Source: Oligoflexales bacterium
Lineage (GTDB): Bacteria; Bdellovibrionota_B; Oligoflexia; Oligoflexales; RGVZ01
Direction of reading: 5' to 3'
Length of the DNA stretch: 64,000 nucleotides
Assembly: GCA_947479535.1 (NCBI GenBank)
Contig: CANJZQ010000001.1
Span: 78,324-142,323, forward strand
Shown here: positions 1 to 9,044 of the stretch, piece after piece
Layout of the letters: each line of letters opens with the position of its first letter
Numbering within the stretch: position 1 is the stretch's first letter
The notes under the pieces: model-generated
What the model saw: only the letters and a program-made list of their open reading frames with translations
Databases searched by the model: none
What the model was told of the DNA's origin: nothing
Translations under genes and position numbers: made by a program

Positions 1-766
1 TATCGCCCAGTTCGTACATCACAAACTTGAGTCCATGGCGCGTCATGGTCGGGGTTGAAACTGCCGATTCCCGACCCTTGAACGAGATGAACATCCGGCT
101 GATAACCCCGGGGCGCTGTGCCGACCACTCCCGGAACAAATTTCGATAGGCGTCCAAGGCGGCCGCGCTTTCCGGGCCCAGAATGATGGCGCGACCGCGA
201 TCGCCGGGGATGGACAGGCTACCCCAGACGGCCAAGTTGTCGTCCAGCATCAAGTCGGTCCAGACCAAGGTGATCAATTCGCTTGCCTTCAGTCCCTCGA
301 AAGATAAAAGGCTCACAATGGCCCGGTCCCGGGCTGCTTTTATCGGCGGTGTGGTGGCCGAAGCCGCTTCAATCAGCATGGCCACATCTTCTTCGTCCAG
401 TTGATCGGGGAGTCCGTCGTCCCTTGCTGGAAGCGGGACCAAATCAAACGGGGATTCCCGGATGACCTTGCGGTCAACAAGAAAACGGAAGTACTGACGA
501 ATGCCGATGATCGAACGTCGGACGGAATTTGTCCGCCCGTCGCAATCATGGCGCAAATAGTTTTCGTAGGCCAACAGGGTATCCGGTTCCAGATTCCCGA
601 GGCGAAGTTTCTTTTCATGCATGAATTCAAGGAACCGGCTAGCATCCCGGGTGTAGGATTCAACCGTCGAGGGTTGCTTGCCCCGCAGTTTCAGGTTTGC
701 CGGGAAATCGGCAAAGGCTAGCTTGCCGGTGGGGTCTGCAGCTACATTGTTAGTTTGATTTTCCAT
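1..766 (-). CDS. Tyrosine recombinase, XerC/XerD family (N-terminal ~255 aa; the gene runs off the left window edge)
   Basis: It is absent from the ORF track because it is open at the window edge. Hand translation of the minus strand from ATG at 766-764 gives MENQTNNVAADPTGKLAFADFPANLKLRGKQPSTVESYTRDASRFLEFMHEKKL...ARDRAIVSLLSFEGLKASELITLVWTDL. This is a Xer-type N-terminal core-binding domain plus the start of the catalytic domain. The catalytic R-H-R-Y residues lie outside the window. Confidence 0.75.
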   Translation of the reverse strand, partial: MENQTNNVAADPTGKLAFADFPANLKLRGKQPSTVESYTRDASRFLEFMHEKKLRLGNLEPDTLLAYENYLRHDCDGRTNSVRRSIIGIRQYFRFLVDRKVIRESPFDLVPLPARDDGLPDQLDEEDVAMLIEAASATTPPIKAARDRAIVSLLSFEGLKASELITLVWTDLMLDDNLAVWGSLSIPGDRGRAIILGPESAAALDAYRNLFREWSAQRPGVISRMFISFKGRESAVSTPTMTRHGLKFVMYELGD

Positions 767-805
767 GCTTCCGCTATCGTTGCCTGACAGGGAGGGCCCG
801 TCAAC

Positions 806-1450
806 ATGAGAATGTTGTGCAAGTATACCGTCGTCCTGACGATCTTATCGATTTGGGGTGGCTGGGCCTATGGCGTCACAAAGCCGAAATTTTCTCCCGG
901 TTTGAATCACATCACGGTGATGGTAAACGGTGAAAAGACCGCAATTCAGGCCGAACAAACCTTGAGCACATATCGGGGCGATAGCATTGTTTTTGTGCAG
1001 GCGGAGTCCCGCGAGCCGGGGGTCAAGCCATCGACCCTTGCGATTGATTTGGAGGGTTTCCAGGCAGAACCTGGAAGTATCGATGGTCCGGGTGTGGACG
1101 ATCGGGGGATTGATATCAATACCGGACTCCTCCAGGGCAAGTCATTCAAAGTGGCGGTCCGGTCTGGTGCCAGGTTGATCGGGCAAATCAAACTGGTTGT
1201 CGCGGATCCGCGGTTTGATTATGCGGTCATACGGGTGAATGGAAGTCCTGTGACTGTGGGGCCGGGCGGCAAACTTGATTTGCAGGCGGCAGACCAGATC
1301 AAGCTCGAAAGCGTGCGTTCAAACATTCCGGATCCATCCAAGGTTGAGGTTGAGGCTTCGGGAGGAGGCGCTTTGCGATTCAAGTATCGCGGTCGGGTTT
1401 TTGGTGAAATCCGTCTGCCTTTGAAGCGATCGGGAGTTGGCGCCCGTTGA
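806..1450 (+). CDS. Hypothetical secreted protein with two internally similar halves
   Basis: 214-aa ORF with an N-terminal hydrophobic signal-like segment (VVLTILSIWGGWAYG). It contains two similar modules (ITVMVNGEKTAIQAEQ... and AVIRVNGSPVTVGPGG...). Its TGA stop overlaps the TTG at 1447 of the downstream kinase. No family recognised. Confidence 0.5.
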   Translation: MRMLCKYTVVLTILSIWGGWAYGVTKPKFSPGLNHITVMVNGEKTAIQAEQTLSTYRGDSIVFVQAESREPGVKPSTLAIDLEGFQAEPGSIDGPGVDDRGIDINTGLLQGKSFKVAVRSGARLIGQIKLVVADPRFDYAVIRVNGSPVTVGPGGKLDLQAADQIKLESVRSNIPDPSKVEVEASGGGALRFKYRGRVFGEIRLPLKRSGVGAR

Positions 1451-3750
1451 GGAAATTTTTGAAAAAGACCCGCAAACGATTCATGGCACCAGGGCGCCGG
1501 CGCAGGTTTGTTGAAGTTCTAGCCATGGCCATTGCCGGGCTGACTCTGATTGCGACGGCGAGTCTTGAAACAAGGCTTTTCCAGCTCAGCGAAAATCTCT
1601 CCCGTAGCCGTCACTTCATTAGCACCGTCATCTACTTCGGGATTATCAACATAAACGTGGTGATGATCCTCGTTCTTAGTTTTCTTATTTTTCGCAACGT
1701 CGTGAAACTTCTGGTCGACCGGCGCCGGGGTGTTCTGGGGTCTAAACTCAAGACCAAGCTGGTTGCCATCCTTGCGTTCTTCGCTTTGGCTCCAACCCTT
1801 GTTCTTTTTTACGTCTCTACAGGATTCATCTCCCGAAGTTTTGATGAGTGGTTTTCTGAGCGAGTCCGCACGACCATGCAGGAAACCCGTGAAGCAGGTG
1901 CCAAAATTTACCGCCAGGATCAAAAGCGCCTGGAGGGCCTCGCCCGGATTGCCATTGAAAGGGTGCAGGCGAAACGTGCGGGTTGGGTGGCTGGAATGCC
2001 GGCCTGGAAACTCAACACGCACCGTCTCGATGGTTTTGAAGGCGAGTATGGAATCAAGTCCGTCACCGTAGTTGATCCGGGGGCATCGCTGCTCCGCGAG
2101 GTGAGCGGTAAATCCAGGCTGCGGGCCCCTGATATTTTTATTTCCGACAGCCTCAGCCGGTTCGTGGATGAGCCTGGTTTGGTTTCCACCAGCATGGTGG
2201 AGGCGGATGAAAGTCGCGATATCGTTCGTGGAATGGCGCCGGTTCGTGACCGGGACACCGGGGAACTTGCCGGAGCTGTCATCATCGAGGAATATTTCGA
2301 GACCAAGATCCTGAATAGCATCGAGACCATTCTTGCAGGATTTGCAGCCCTTCGTCCGGGGGCGCAGCTCATCCGGGTCAGCTTCCTGATTCTGATGGTG
2401 ATGATGGTGCTGATGATTACTTTCGCGGCCGTCTGGTTGGGATTTTACGTTGCCCGGACCATCACCGGACCCATCCAAAATCTAGCTGAAGCCACGCGCG
2501 AGATCGCCCTTGGGAATTATGCCATTTCGATTGTGCCGAAGAATGATGATGAAATTGGCCAGTTGGTGCGCTCCTTTAATCAGATGGCCCGGGACCTTCG
2601 ACGGCACAAGCAAGAAGTCGAAGCATCGCAGGCGACTCTCAGCAGGGCCAATGTGGAAATTGACCAGCGTCGACGTTACATGGAGGTGATCCTGAAAAAC
2701 GTCAACACAGGCGTTATCGCCGTTGACCCTGAAGACCGGATCACGATTGTAAATCGTGCGGCCGAGCGCATTCTCGGGGTAGAGTCGGCCAAGGCGATCG
2801 GAAAACTTGCGCGCGAGGCCATCAGCCCACTTTTGTACGAGGATTTTTGGCGCCCGGTTGCGGCGCGCATAGGCAGGCATTCAACTTTTTCCGGGCAACT
2901 TGAGGTGGATACCGCTGGCAAGCCGGTCACACTGCTGGCTGAGGCGACGCGCGTCTATGACGACAACGGGGAAGATTGTGGGTCCATCGTTGTCTTCGAC
3001 GATGCCACGGAACAAGTCAAGGCACAGCGCGTCGCTGCCTGGCGAGAGGTGGCTCGCCGTATCGCCCACGAAATTAAAAATCCAGTAACACCGATCAAAC
3101 TTAGCGCTCAGCGATTGCTCCGGCGGTTCAATGAAAAATTCACTGGTGATGATCGGCAGGTTTTTGAGTCCTGCATCGATACGATCGTTGTTCAGGTGGA
3201 TTCTTTGCGGGATCTCGTGAACGAATTCTCAAAATTTGCGAGATTGCCTTCGATTCAACCCCGGATGGGTAACATCAATGCCGTGGTTCTGGATGTCGTC
3301 AATCTTTACCGGATGAGCTATCCGGATGTGATTCTGGTGACGGAAGGTTTGAATGAGCTGCCGGACGTCCCGATTGACCGCGAACAGATGAACCGGGTGT
3401 TTGTTAATCTCATGACAAATGCCATTGCGGCATTTGAAGGCCTTGCGGAAAAGCCAAGGATTGAATTTACCTCTGATTTTCTCGAGCATGCGAATGCCGT
3501 ACGGATTGTCGTGGCGGACCATGGTTGTGGAATTCCGGATGCCATAAAGGACCGGGTTTTGGAGCCATATTATTCAACGCGCGAAAGTGGCACCGGGCTG
3601 GGCCTTGCGATCGTGAGTCAGATCGTGTCTGATCACGGCGGCTATGTCAGGATTCAGAACACGGACCCGCGCGGCACCACGATTGTGATTGAGTTGCCGC
3701 TGGGGCGCGAGTTGGCCTTGACCCGTCAGGAGGAGCTAAGAAATGAGTGA
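1447..3750 (+). CDS. ntrY: Sensor histidine kinase, NtrY type
   Basis: 767 aa. N-terminal TM helices, a second TM followed by a HAMP-like segment, and a PAS-like region. The H-box AHEIKNPVTPIKLSAQRLLRRF is an NtrY-type signature. The ATPase domain shows DHGCGIP and GTGLGLAIV. An alternative ATG start lies at 1483. Confidence 0.8.
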   Translation: MRKFLKKTRKRFMAPGRRRRFVEVLAMAIAGLTLIATASLETRLFQLSENLSRSRHFISTVIYFGIININVVMILVLSFLIFRNVVKLLVDRRRGVLGSKLKTKLVAILAFFALAPTLVLFYVSTGFISRSFDEWFSERVRTTMQETREAGAKIYRQDQKRLEGLARIAIERVQAKRAGWVAGMPAWKLNTHRLDGFEGEYGIKSVTVVDPGASLLREVSGKSRLRAPDIFISDSLSRFVDEPGLVSTSMVEADESRDIVRGMAPVRDRDTGELAGAVIIEEYFETKILNSIETILAGFAALRPGAQLIRVSFLILMVMMVLMITFAAVWLGFYVARTITGPIQNLAEATREIALGNYAISIVPKNDDEIGQLVRSFNQMARDLRRHKQEVEASQATLSRANVEIDQRRRYMEVILKNVNTGVIAVDPEDRITIVNRAAERILGVESAKAIGKLAREAISPLLYEDFWRPVAARIGRHSTFSGQLEVDTAGKPVTLLAEATRVYDDNGEDCGSIVVFDDATEQVKAQRVAAWREVARRIAHEIKNPVTPIKLSAQRLLRRFNEKFTGDDRQVFESCIDTIVVQVDSLRDLVNEFSKFARLPSIQPRMGNINAVVLDVVNLYRMSYPDVILVTEGLNELPDVPIDREQMNRVFVNLMTNAIAAFEGLAEKPRIEFTSDFLEHANAVRIVVADHGCGIPDAIKDRVLEPYYSTRESGTGLGLAIVSQIVSDHGGYVRIQNTDPRGTTIVIELPLGRELALTRQEELRNE

Positions 3751-5206
3751 GGCGAATTCCAAGCCAGTCGCATTGATCATCGACGATGAAATCAGTATTT
3801 GCCAGACCCTCGCAGGCATATTTTCGGATGAAGGCTGGTCCGCTGTTTACGCAATTTCTGGCCACGAGGGAATCCAGGCGTTCAAGAAATCCGCGCCAGA
3901 TCTGGTTCTGCTTGATGTGTGGATGCCTGGCCTTGACGGAATTGAAACGTTGCAGCGCCTGAAGCAGCTGCGTGATGACATTCCCGTTGTCATCATGAGC
4001 GGTCATGGAACCATTGATACGGCTGTCAAATGCACGAAACTCGGTGCGTTTGATTTTTTGGAAAAGCCGTTATCCATGGAAAAACTACTGCCCATGATCG
4101 ATCATGCCGTTCAAATGAACAAGCGGCGCAACGGCACCCTGCCGGATGGAGATCCTGCAGGGACGGCATCCGTGTTTGTCAGTGACAGTTCAGTTTCCGT
4201 AAAGCGTGGTGTTGAGACCGCCTTTCGCGGGGTATCTCCGACGACTGAAAATATTCGGCGGACGATTAACATGGTGGCGCCGCGCAATAGCTGGGTCCTG
4301 ATCACGGGTGAAAACGGAACTGGCAAGGAAGTGGTTGCGCGTTGCATCCACAATGGAAGTTCACGCTCAGACAAGGCCTTTGTTGCGGTCAATTGTGCCG
4401 CAATTCCCGAGGAAATGATTGAAAGTGAGTTGTTCGGATATGCGAAAGGGGCTTTCACCGGTGCATTTGCGGCAAAGAAGGGTAAATTTGAACTCGCGCA
4501 CTCCGGGACGCTTTTTTTAGATGAAATTGGCGACATGTCCCTGCGCACCCAGGCAAAAATTCTGCGTATTTTGCAGGAGCAACGTTTTGAGCGCCTCGGT
4601 GACAATAAAACACTGGAAGTTGATGTGCGCGTTGTGGCAGCCACCAACAAAGACTTGTTAAACGAGATCAAGGCAGGCCGCTTCCGTGAGGATCTTTACC
4701 GCCGGATTAACGTGATCCCGGTATATGTTGCGCCACTTCGCGAACGGCGTGAAGATGTTCCCTATCTGGTCGACTTTTTCCTGGATCAGTTGTCCTTTGA
4801 GCTAAAGGAGCCCCGTAAAATCCTGACGGATGATGCGTTTGAGATCCTCATGCATTATCCTTGGCCGGGCAATGTTCGGGAGCTGAAAAACCTGCTTGAA
4901 CGTCTATGCATCATTGTTTTCGGTCAGGAAATCGATGCCATAGACTTGCCTGAGGCGATGGTGAGGCACGTGGAATCTGAGTCGCCGGCGGCGCGAGTTG
5001 TGTTGGCGTCAGGTGCGGTGGGATCCACCGCCAGTCTGCGTCAGGCAAAGTTGGATTTTGAGCGGTCTTTCGTGCTGGATCGACTTAATGAAAATCAAGG
5101 CAACATAAGCAAAACAGCCGAAGCGATCGGCATTGAACGCAGTCATCTGCACAAAAAACTCAAGATTTGGGGGGTTGATATGAAGAAGGTAAAGCTGGAA
5201 TCATGA
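3743..5206 (+). CDS. ntrX: Sigma-54-dependent response regulator (receiver + AAA+ + Fis-type HTH), NtrX-like
   Basis: 487 aa. Receiver domain (LIIDDE...LLDVWMPGLDG...GAFDFLEKP), Walker A GENGTGKE, the GAFTGA motif (YAKGAFTGA) and a C-terminal HTH (GNISKTAEAIGIERSHLHKKLK). Its ATG overlaps the ntrY stop (ATGAGTGA). Confidence 0.8.
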   Translation: MSEANSKPVALIIDDEISICQTLAGIFSDEGWSAVYAISGHEGIQAFKKSAPDLVLLDVWMPGLDGIETLQRLKQLRDDIPVVIMSGHGTIDTAVKCTKLGAFDFLEKPLSMEKLLPMIDHAVQMNKRRNGTLPDGDPAGTASVFVSDSSVSVKRGVETAFRGVSPTTENIRRTINMVAPRNSWVLITGENGTGKEVVARCIHNGSSRSDKAFVAVNCAAIPEEMIESELFGYAKGAFTGAFAAKKGKFELAHSGTLFLDEIGDMSLRTQAKILRILQEQRFERLGDNKTLEVDVRVVAATNKDLLNEIKAGRFREDLYRRINVIPVYVAPLRERREDVPYLVDFFLDQLSFELKEPRKILTDDAFEILMHYPWPGNVRELKNLLERLCIIVFGQEIDAIDLPEAMVRHVESESPAARVVLASGAVGSTASLRQAKLDFERSFVLDRLNENQGNISKTAEAIGIERSHLHKKLKIWGVDMKKVKLES

Positions 5207-5955
5207 AAGCGCGCAGCTCTGGTTCAAGCGATGTTTTTCGCGTCGATGGCCTTGCCTCAGTTCTTGAGTACTTGCGGCATAAGCCAGCCATCGTGAAGGC
5301 CGTATATTGCACGGACGCAGTGGTGCGGGAGGCAGCTCCGCTCTTGCAGGAATTTGGCGTGGTTCCAAAGCGGTTTGTGCCACCCAAGGACGAGGTTCCG
5401 TCAGCGGGTCGCAATTCTCCAGTTTGGGCAGAGATAGCCCTTGAATCTCTGGATCAAGGCGATTTTTTTGCGAGGGTCCGCCAGCGCGAAAGCCAAAAGG
5501 AAGACCTGATTTTAGCCTTGGATCACGTGGTGGACCCACGAAATGTCGGGGCGATGGTCCGTACGGCGGCTTTTTTTGGGATCCGGGAGGTTTTGGTTCC
5601 GGAGCGTCGCCAGGCTCTGCTGGCAAATGCGTCGGTCAACACGGCTCAGGGGGGGTTCGCCCTTTGCGATCTGGTCGTTGTGGTAAATCTTGGGCGGACG
5701 CTCGAGGAATTGAAGGAACTTGGTTATTGGATCATCGGGGCCGATATGGGCGGTGAGACGATTGATGCCGTACGCGGTTCAAAATACGGGAAAGTGGTTC
5801 TGGTCATGGGTTCTGAGGAGTCTGGCCTTGCGCCTGGTATTCGCTCGAAGTGTGACCGGATGGTCAGTATCGCTGGAAAGGTGGGGGGGCTCGAGTCCCT
5901 AAACGTTTCCGTAGCGGCTGGAATCCTCATGCAACAGCTGGGTACAAGTCGTTGA
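5203..5955 (+). CDS. TrmH/SpoU-family RNA 2'-O-methyltransferase (RlmB-like)
   Basis: 250 aa. SpoU motifs are LDHVVDPRNVGAMVRTAAFFG, VLVMGSEESGL and ESLNVSVAAGILM. The start overlaps the ntrX stop (ATGA). Confidence 0.8.
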   Translation: MKARSSGSSDVFRVDGLASVLEYLRHKPAIVKAVYCTDAVVREAAPLLQEFGVVPKRFVPPKDEVPSAGRNSPVWAEIALESLDQGDFFARVRQRESQKEDLILALDHVVDPRNVGAMVRTAAFFGIREVLVPERRQALLANASVNTAQGGFALCDLVVVVNLGRTLEELKELGYWIIGADMGGETIDAVRGSKYGKVVLVMGSEESGLAPGIRSKCDRMVSIAGKVGGLESLNVSVAAGILMQQLGTSR

Positions 5956-5980
5956 CTGATCTGTGCAGTTCTAGTATCAC
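5952..5980 (+). promoter_or_regulatory. Candidate sigma-70 promoter for the tRNA-tuf operon (TTGACT-17 bp-TATCAC, followed by a CCCC discriminator)
   Basis: TTGACT at 5952-5957 overlaps the upstream stop codon. A 17-bp spacer separates it from TATCAC at 5975-5980. The element lies about 75 bp upstream of the first tRNA. The same architecture is seen upstream of tRNA-Val at 24453-24481. Confidence 0.35.
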
Positions 5981-6055
5981 CCCACAGCATTCTTGGGGAA
6001 ATTCTGTGCGCTGTCTTCAAAAACAGCGTCAGTACGAACGAAGGATGGAGCCTAC

Positions 6056-6131
6056 GCTGGCGTAGCTCAATTGGTAGAGCAGCTGATTTGTAATCAGCAG
6101 GTTGCGGGTTCAAGTCCCATCGCCAGCTCCA
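6056..6131 (+). tRNA. tRNA-Thr (anticodon TGT), CCA encoded
   Basis: Acceptor stem GCTGGCG/CGCCAGC. D-arm TAGCTCAATTGGTAGAGCA. Anticodon stem GCTGA/TCAGC with loop TTTGTAA. T-arm GGGTTCAAGTCCC. 3' TCCA. Confidence 0.93.
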
Positions 6132-6164
6132 AAAAGCTGGCTCCATGACCGTGTGGAAGATTCA

Positions 6165-6250
6165 GGAGGGGTGCCCGAGTGGCCAATGGGGACGGGCTGT
6201 AAACCCGTTGACGCAAGTCTTCGAAGGTTCGAATCCTTCTCCCTCCACCA
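6165..6250 (+). tRNA. tRNA-Tyr (anticodon GTA), long variable arm, CCA encoded
   Basis: Acceptor stem GGAGGGG/CCCTCC. Anticodon loop CTGTAAA. Long variable arm (TTGACGCAAGTCTTC). T-arm GGTTCGAATCC. 3' ACCA. Confidence 0.92.
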
Positions 6251-6310
6251 CTTCCTTCGGGAAGAAGTCTTTTAGTCGGTTGTGGCGTGAGTGTAGGTTC
6301 TGGTTGTTGG

Positions 6311-6386
6311 GCGGGAGTAGCTCAGTTGGTAGAGCATTAGCCTTCCAAGCTAAGGGTCGCGGGTTCGAATCCCGTTTCCCGCTCCA
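6311..6386 (+). tRNA. tRNA-Gly (anticodon TCC), CCA encoded
   Basis: Acceptor stem GCGGGAG/TTCCCGC (one G-U pair). D-arm TAGCTCAGTTGGTAGAGC. Anticodon loop CTTCCAA. T-arm GGGTTCGAATCCC. Confidence 0.92.
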
Positions 6387-6390
6387 GAAT

Positions 6391-6466
6391 GCCCAGGTAG
6401 CTCAGTCGGTAGAGCACGTCCTTGGTAAGGACGAGGTCACGGGTTCGAATCCCGTCCTGGGCTCCA
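6391..6466 (+). tRNA. tRNA-Thr (anticodon GGT), CCA encoded
   Basis: Acceptor stem GCCCAGG/CCTGGGC. Anticodon stem GTCCT/AGGAC with loop TGGTAA context (CTTGGTAAG). T-arm GGGTTCGAATCCC. Confidence 0.92.
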
Positions 6467-6581
6467 GTAAACTTGCTTGCAGAATGAATTTGTACATTGT
6501 GTTTAGATTGTGATTGCGCCTTAATAAAGAACCTTTGCTTGAATCGTATTTGCGAGCAGAGCGCCATAGCCGGAGGAAGAA

Positions 6582-7775
6582 ATGGCAAAAGAAAAGTTCC
6601 AGCGTAAGAAGCCCCACGTCAACATCGGTACCATCGGTCACGTTGACCACGGCAAAACCACATTGACCGCTGCGATCACCAGAGTGATGGCAGCTGCTCA
6701 CGGCGGCACAGCCATGGCGTTTGACCAGATCGACAAGTCGCCGGAAGAAAAAGCGCGCGGTATCACCATTTCGACCTCGCACGTCGAGTACGAATCCAAA
6801 GAGCGCCATTATGCTCACGTCGACTGCCCGGGCCACGCTGACTATGTGAAGAACATGATCACCGGCGCCGCTCAGATGGACGGAGCGATTCTGGTTGTTA
6901 GCGCAGCGGACGGACCGATGCCACAGACACGCGAGCACATCCTGTTGGCTCGTCAGGTTGGCGTGCCGCGGATCGTTGTGTTCATGAACAAGTGTGACAT
7001 GGTTGACGATTCCGAGCTTCTCGATCTCGTCGAAATGGAAGTTCGCGAACTGCTTAGCACCTACAAATTCCCAGGCGATGAAACCCCGATCATCCGTGGT
7101 TCCGCTTTGAAAGCCCTCGAATCTGGTGACCCAACCAGCGAGTGGGGCTCTAAAATTGTCGAGCTGATCGCAGCTTGCGACAGCTACATTCCGCTGCCAG
7201 AGCGCCCGGTTGATCGTCCGTTCCTCATGCCGATCGAAGACGTGTTCTCGATCTCTGGTCGTGGAACGGTTGTGACTGGTCGTATCGAGCGCGGGATCGT
7301 CAAGGCTGGCGACGAAATTGAGATTGTCGGCGTGAAAGCTACCACCAAGACGGTATGTACTGGCGTCGAGATGTTCCGTAAACTGCTGGACGACGGTCGC
7401 GCTGGCGACAACTGCGGTATCCTCTTGCGCGGCACCAAGCGTGAAGAAGTTGTTCGCGGTCAGGTTCTTGCAAAGCCGGGTTCCATTACCCCGCACAAGA
7501 AGTTCAAGGCTCAGGTTTACGTTCTGACCAAAGAAGAAGGCGGTCGTCATACCCCGTTCTTCAAGGGTTACCGTCCTCAGTTCTATTTCCGTACCACTGA
7601 CGTGACCGGCTCGATCAAGCTGCCGGACAATGTCGAGATGGTTATGCCGGGAGATAACATCGCCGTGGAAGTTGAGCTTCTCACGCCGATCGCTATGGAT
7701 ACGGAGCTTCGCTTCGCAATCCGCGAAGGCGGCCGTACCGTTGGTGCCGGTGTTGTTGCTGAGATCATCGAGTAA
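6582..7775 (+). CDS. tuf: Translation elongation factor Tu
   Basis: 397 aa. [41 protein letters not shown] and NKCD motifs. RBS GGAGGAAG lies upstream. Confidence 0.98.
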   Translation: MAKEKFQRKKPHVNIGTIGHVDHGKTTLTAAITRVMAAAHGGTAMAFDQIDKSPEEKARGITISTSHVEYESKERHYAHVDCPGHADYVKNMITGAAQMDGAILVVSAADGPMPQTREHILLARQVGVPRIVVFMNKCDMVDDSELLDLVEMEVRELLSTYKFPGDETPIIRGSALKALESGDPTSEWGSKIVELIAACDSYIPLPERPVDRPFLMPIEDVFSISGRGTVVTGRIERGIVKAGDEIEIVGVKATTKTVCTGVEMFRKLLDDGRAGDNCGILLRGTKREEVVRGQVLAKPGSITPHKKFKAQVYVLTKEEGGRHTPFFKGYRPQFYFRTTDVTGSIKLPDNVEMVMPGDNIAVEVELLTPIAMDTELRFAIREGGRTVGAGVVAEIIE

Positions 7776-7803
7776 CAACAATATCTAATGTTTTTGTTTC
7801 AAG

Positions 7804-7844
7804 GACCCCGCATCTGACCTGGCTATAAAGGTTAGGGCGGGGTC
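7804..7844 (+). other. Imperfect stem-loop between tuf and tRNA-Trp (possible processing or weak termination signal)
   Basis: GACCCCGC (7804-7811) pairs with GCGGGGTC (7837-7844). An inner GACCT/AGGTT helix is possible. No U-tract follows. Confidence 0.25.
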
Positions 7845-7858
7845 TCGGTCACAAAGGA

Positions 7859-7934
7859 AGGCGAGTAGCTCTAACGGTAGAGCGGCGGATTCCAAATCCG
7901 TAGGTTGTGGGTTCGAATCCCACCTCGCCTGCCA
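7859..7934 (+). tRNA. tRNA-Trp (anticodon CCA), CCA encoded
   Basis: Acceptor stem AGGCGAG/CTCGCCT. Anticodon loop TTCCAAA. T-arm GGGTTCGAATCCC. 3' GCCA. Confidence 0.92.
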
Positions 7935-7960
7935 GTTTTCATCAAGTTAAGGGTGCCGAC

Positions 7961-8341
7961 GTGCAAAAAGACGACTCAACCTGGCTGAATATTGCTCTTG
8001 CTGGCTTTGGACTTTGTGTTGCGCTTGTCGTCTGGAAGGGTTTTACCGCTCTTTCTTTGAGCTACGGTTGGACGGAGCGATTTGAGGCATGGTTGCCTGC
8101 AGCGCTCGTGATCGGGAGCCTGTTTGTTGGTGGAGTCGCTGTCTGGTGGCTTCGCGCAGACGCTGGGCGCAATGAATACTTCCTGAGTTGCATTGGGGAG
8201 TTGCGTAAGGTGTCTTGGCCGAGTATGGATGACACGCGCAAGATGACGATGATTGTCTGCGTTGTTGTGGTGATTTTTTCAATCATCTTGACGGTGTTTG
8301 ATGTGATTTGGGCGCGCTTGCTCAAAATGCTGATCGTATAG
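7961..8341 (+). CDS. secE: Preprotein translocase subunit SecE (three-TM form)
   Basis: The track ORF 7907-8341 starts inside tRNA-Trp. The in-frame GTG at 7961 gives a 126-aa protein with three hydrophobic helices and the SecE-like ELRKVSWPS motif before the last TM. The gene sits in the canonical position before nusG. Confidence 0.8.
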   Translation: MQKDDSTWLNIALAGFGLCVALVVWKGFTALSLSYGWTERFEAWLPAALVIGSLFVGGVAVWWLRADAGRNEYFLSCIGELRKVSWPSMDDTRKMTMIVCVVVVIFSIILTVFDVIWARLLKMLIV

Positions 8342-8381
8342 ATTGAGTCGAATAGAAGAAGAGGCGTTTAAGGTGAATGTC

Positions 8382-8933
8382 ATGACCGCTACCAAAAAAT
8401 GGTACGTCGTCCATACTTACTCTGGTTTCGAAGAGAAGGCTCGTCAGGGTCTGCTCGAGAGAATCAAGCTGCTTAAGATGGAAGAAAAATTTGGCCAGAT
8501 ATTCGTTCCGCGGACAGCCACCGAGCAGGTGCTGAAGAGCGGAAAGAAAAAGCGCGTCGAAAAGACGTCGTTTCCCGGGTACATCCTGGTCGAGATGACT
8601 TTTGGCGACGACACCAGCCTATTGGTTCGGGAAACCCCTAAAATCACAGGTTTTGTTGGTAATGCAAGGACGCCGCGGCCGATTTCTGATCAAGAAGTCC
8701 TGCGCCTGACATCGCCTGAGGCGATGGCGGAAGCGGCTCGCAAGGTTGTATCTCAGATCGAATTTGAGAAAGGTGAGACGGTCAAGGTCAAGGACGGACC
8801 GTTTACGAACTTTGATGGTGTGGTGGATGAGGTTCGTCCTGACAAGATGAAACTCCGCATTCTGGTTAGCATTTTCGGCAGGGAAACCCCGGTCGAGCTT
8901 GACTACATCCAGGTCGAAAAAAGCGTTAAGTAG
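8382..8933 (+). CDS. nusG: Transcription termination/antitermination factor NusG
   Basis: [16 protein letters not shown] (NGN domain) and a C-terminal KOW region ([21 protein letters not shown]). The ATG at 8382 is preceded by AAGGTG. The track ORF begins at an upstream TTG (8343). Confidence 0.93.
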   Translation: MTATKKWYVVHTYSGFEEKARQGLLERIKLLKMEEKFGQIFVPRTATEQVLKSGKKKRVEKTSFPGYILVEMTFGDDTSLLVRETPKITGFVGNARTPRPISDQEVLRLTSPEAMAEAARKVVSQIEFEKGETVKVKDGPFTNFDGVVDEVRPDKMKLRILVSIFGRETPVELDYIQVEKSVK

Positions 8934-8961
8934 AAATTTAAAAATTAGCCCTTCAAAATCG

Positions 8962-8990
8962 TTGACACGCGAAAGCGTTTCCCGTACACG
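8962..8990 (+). promoter_or_regulatory. Candidate promoter upstream of rplK (TTGACA-17 bp-TACACG)
   Basis: A perfect -35 hexamer at 8962-8967 and a weak -10 at 8985-8990. The element lies in the 111-bp nusG-rplK spacer. Confidence 0.25.
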
Positions 8991-9044
8991 ATGGGGCTCT
9001 TCATATAAAGACTAGAGACGGGAAGCCGTTTTTAGGAGGCATCA

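Noticed and set aside
1-766. The XerC/D-type recombinase as a marker of an integrated mobile element.
   Set aside because: The visible part looks like a chromosomal Xer-type protein. The adjacent genes are housekeeping (ntrYX, rRNA methylase). No direct repeats, phage genes or tRNA-flanked att site are visible next to it. The tRNA cluster is 5 kb away with core genes in between. This cannot be excluded without the sequence to the left.
6402-7781. A 459-aa ORF antisense to tuf, and similar long antisense ORFs in rplA/rplJ (9867-10778), rpoB (12676-14133, 14200-15564), rpoC (16609-17715, 17770-18504), nuoCD (42917-44152) and the thioredoxin-like gene (26692-27417).
   Set aside because: Each lies entirely opposite a highly conserved gene with an unmistakable product. 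Their translations are low-complexity with no motifs. Long open antisense frames are an expected by-product of the strong codon bias of these genes.
7907-7960. The N-terminal extension of secE that begins inside tRNA-Trp.
   Set aside because: A protein start inside a tRNA gene is implausible. The GTG at 7961 gives a SecE of typical three-TM length.
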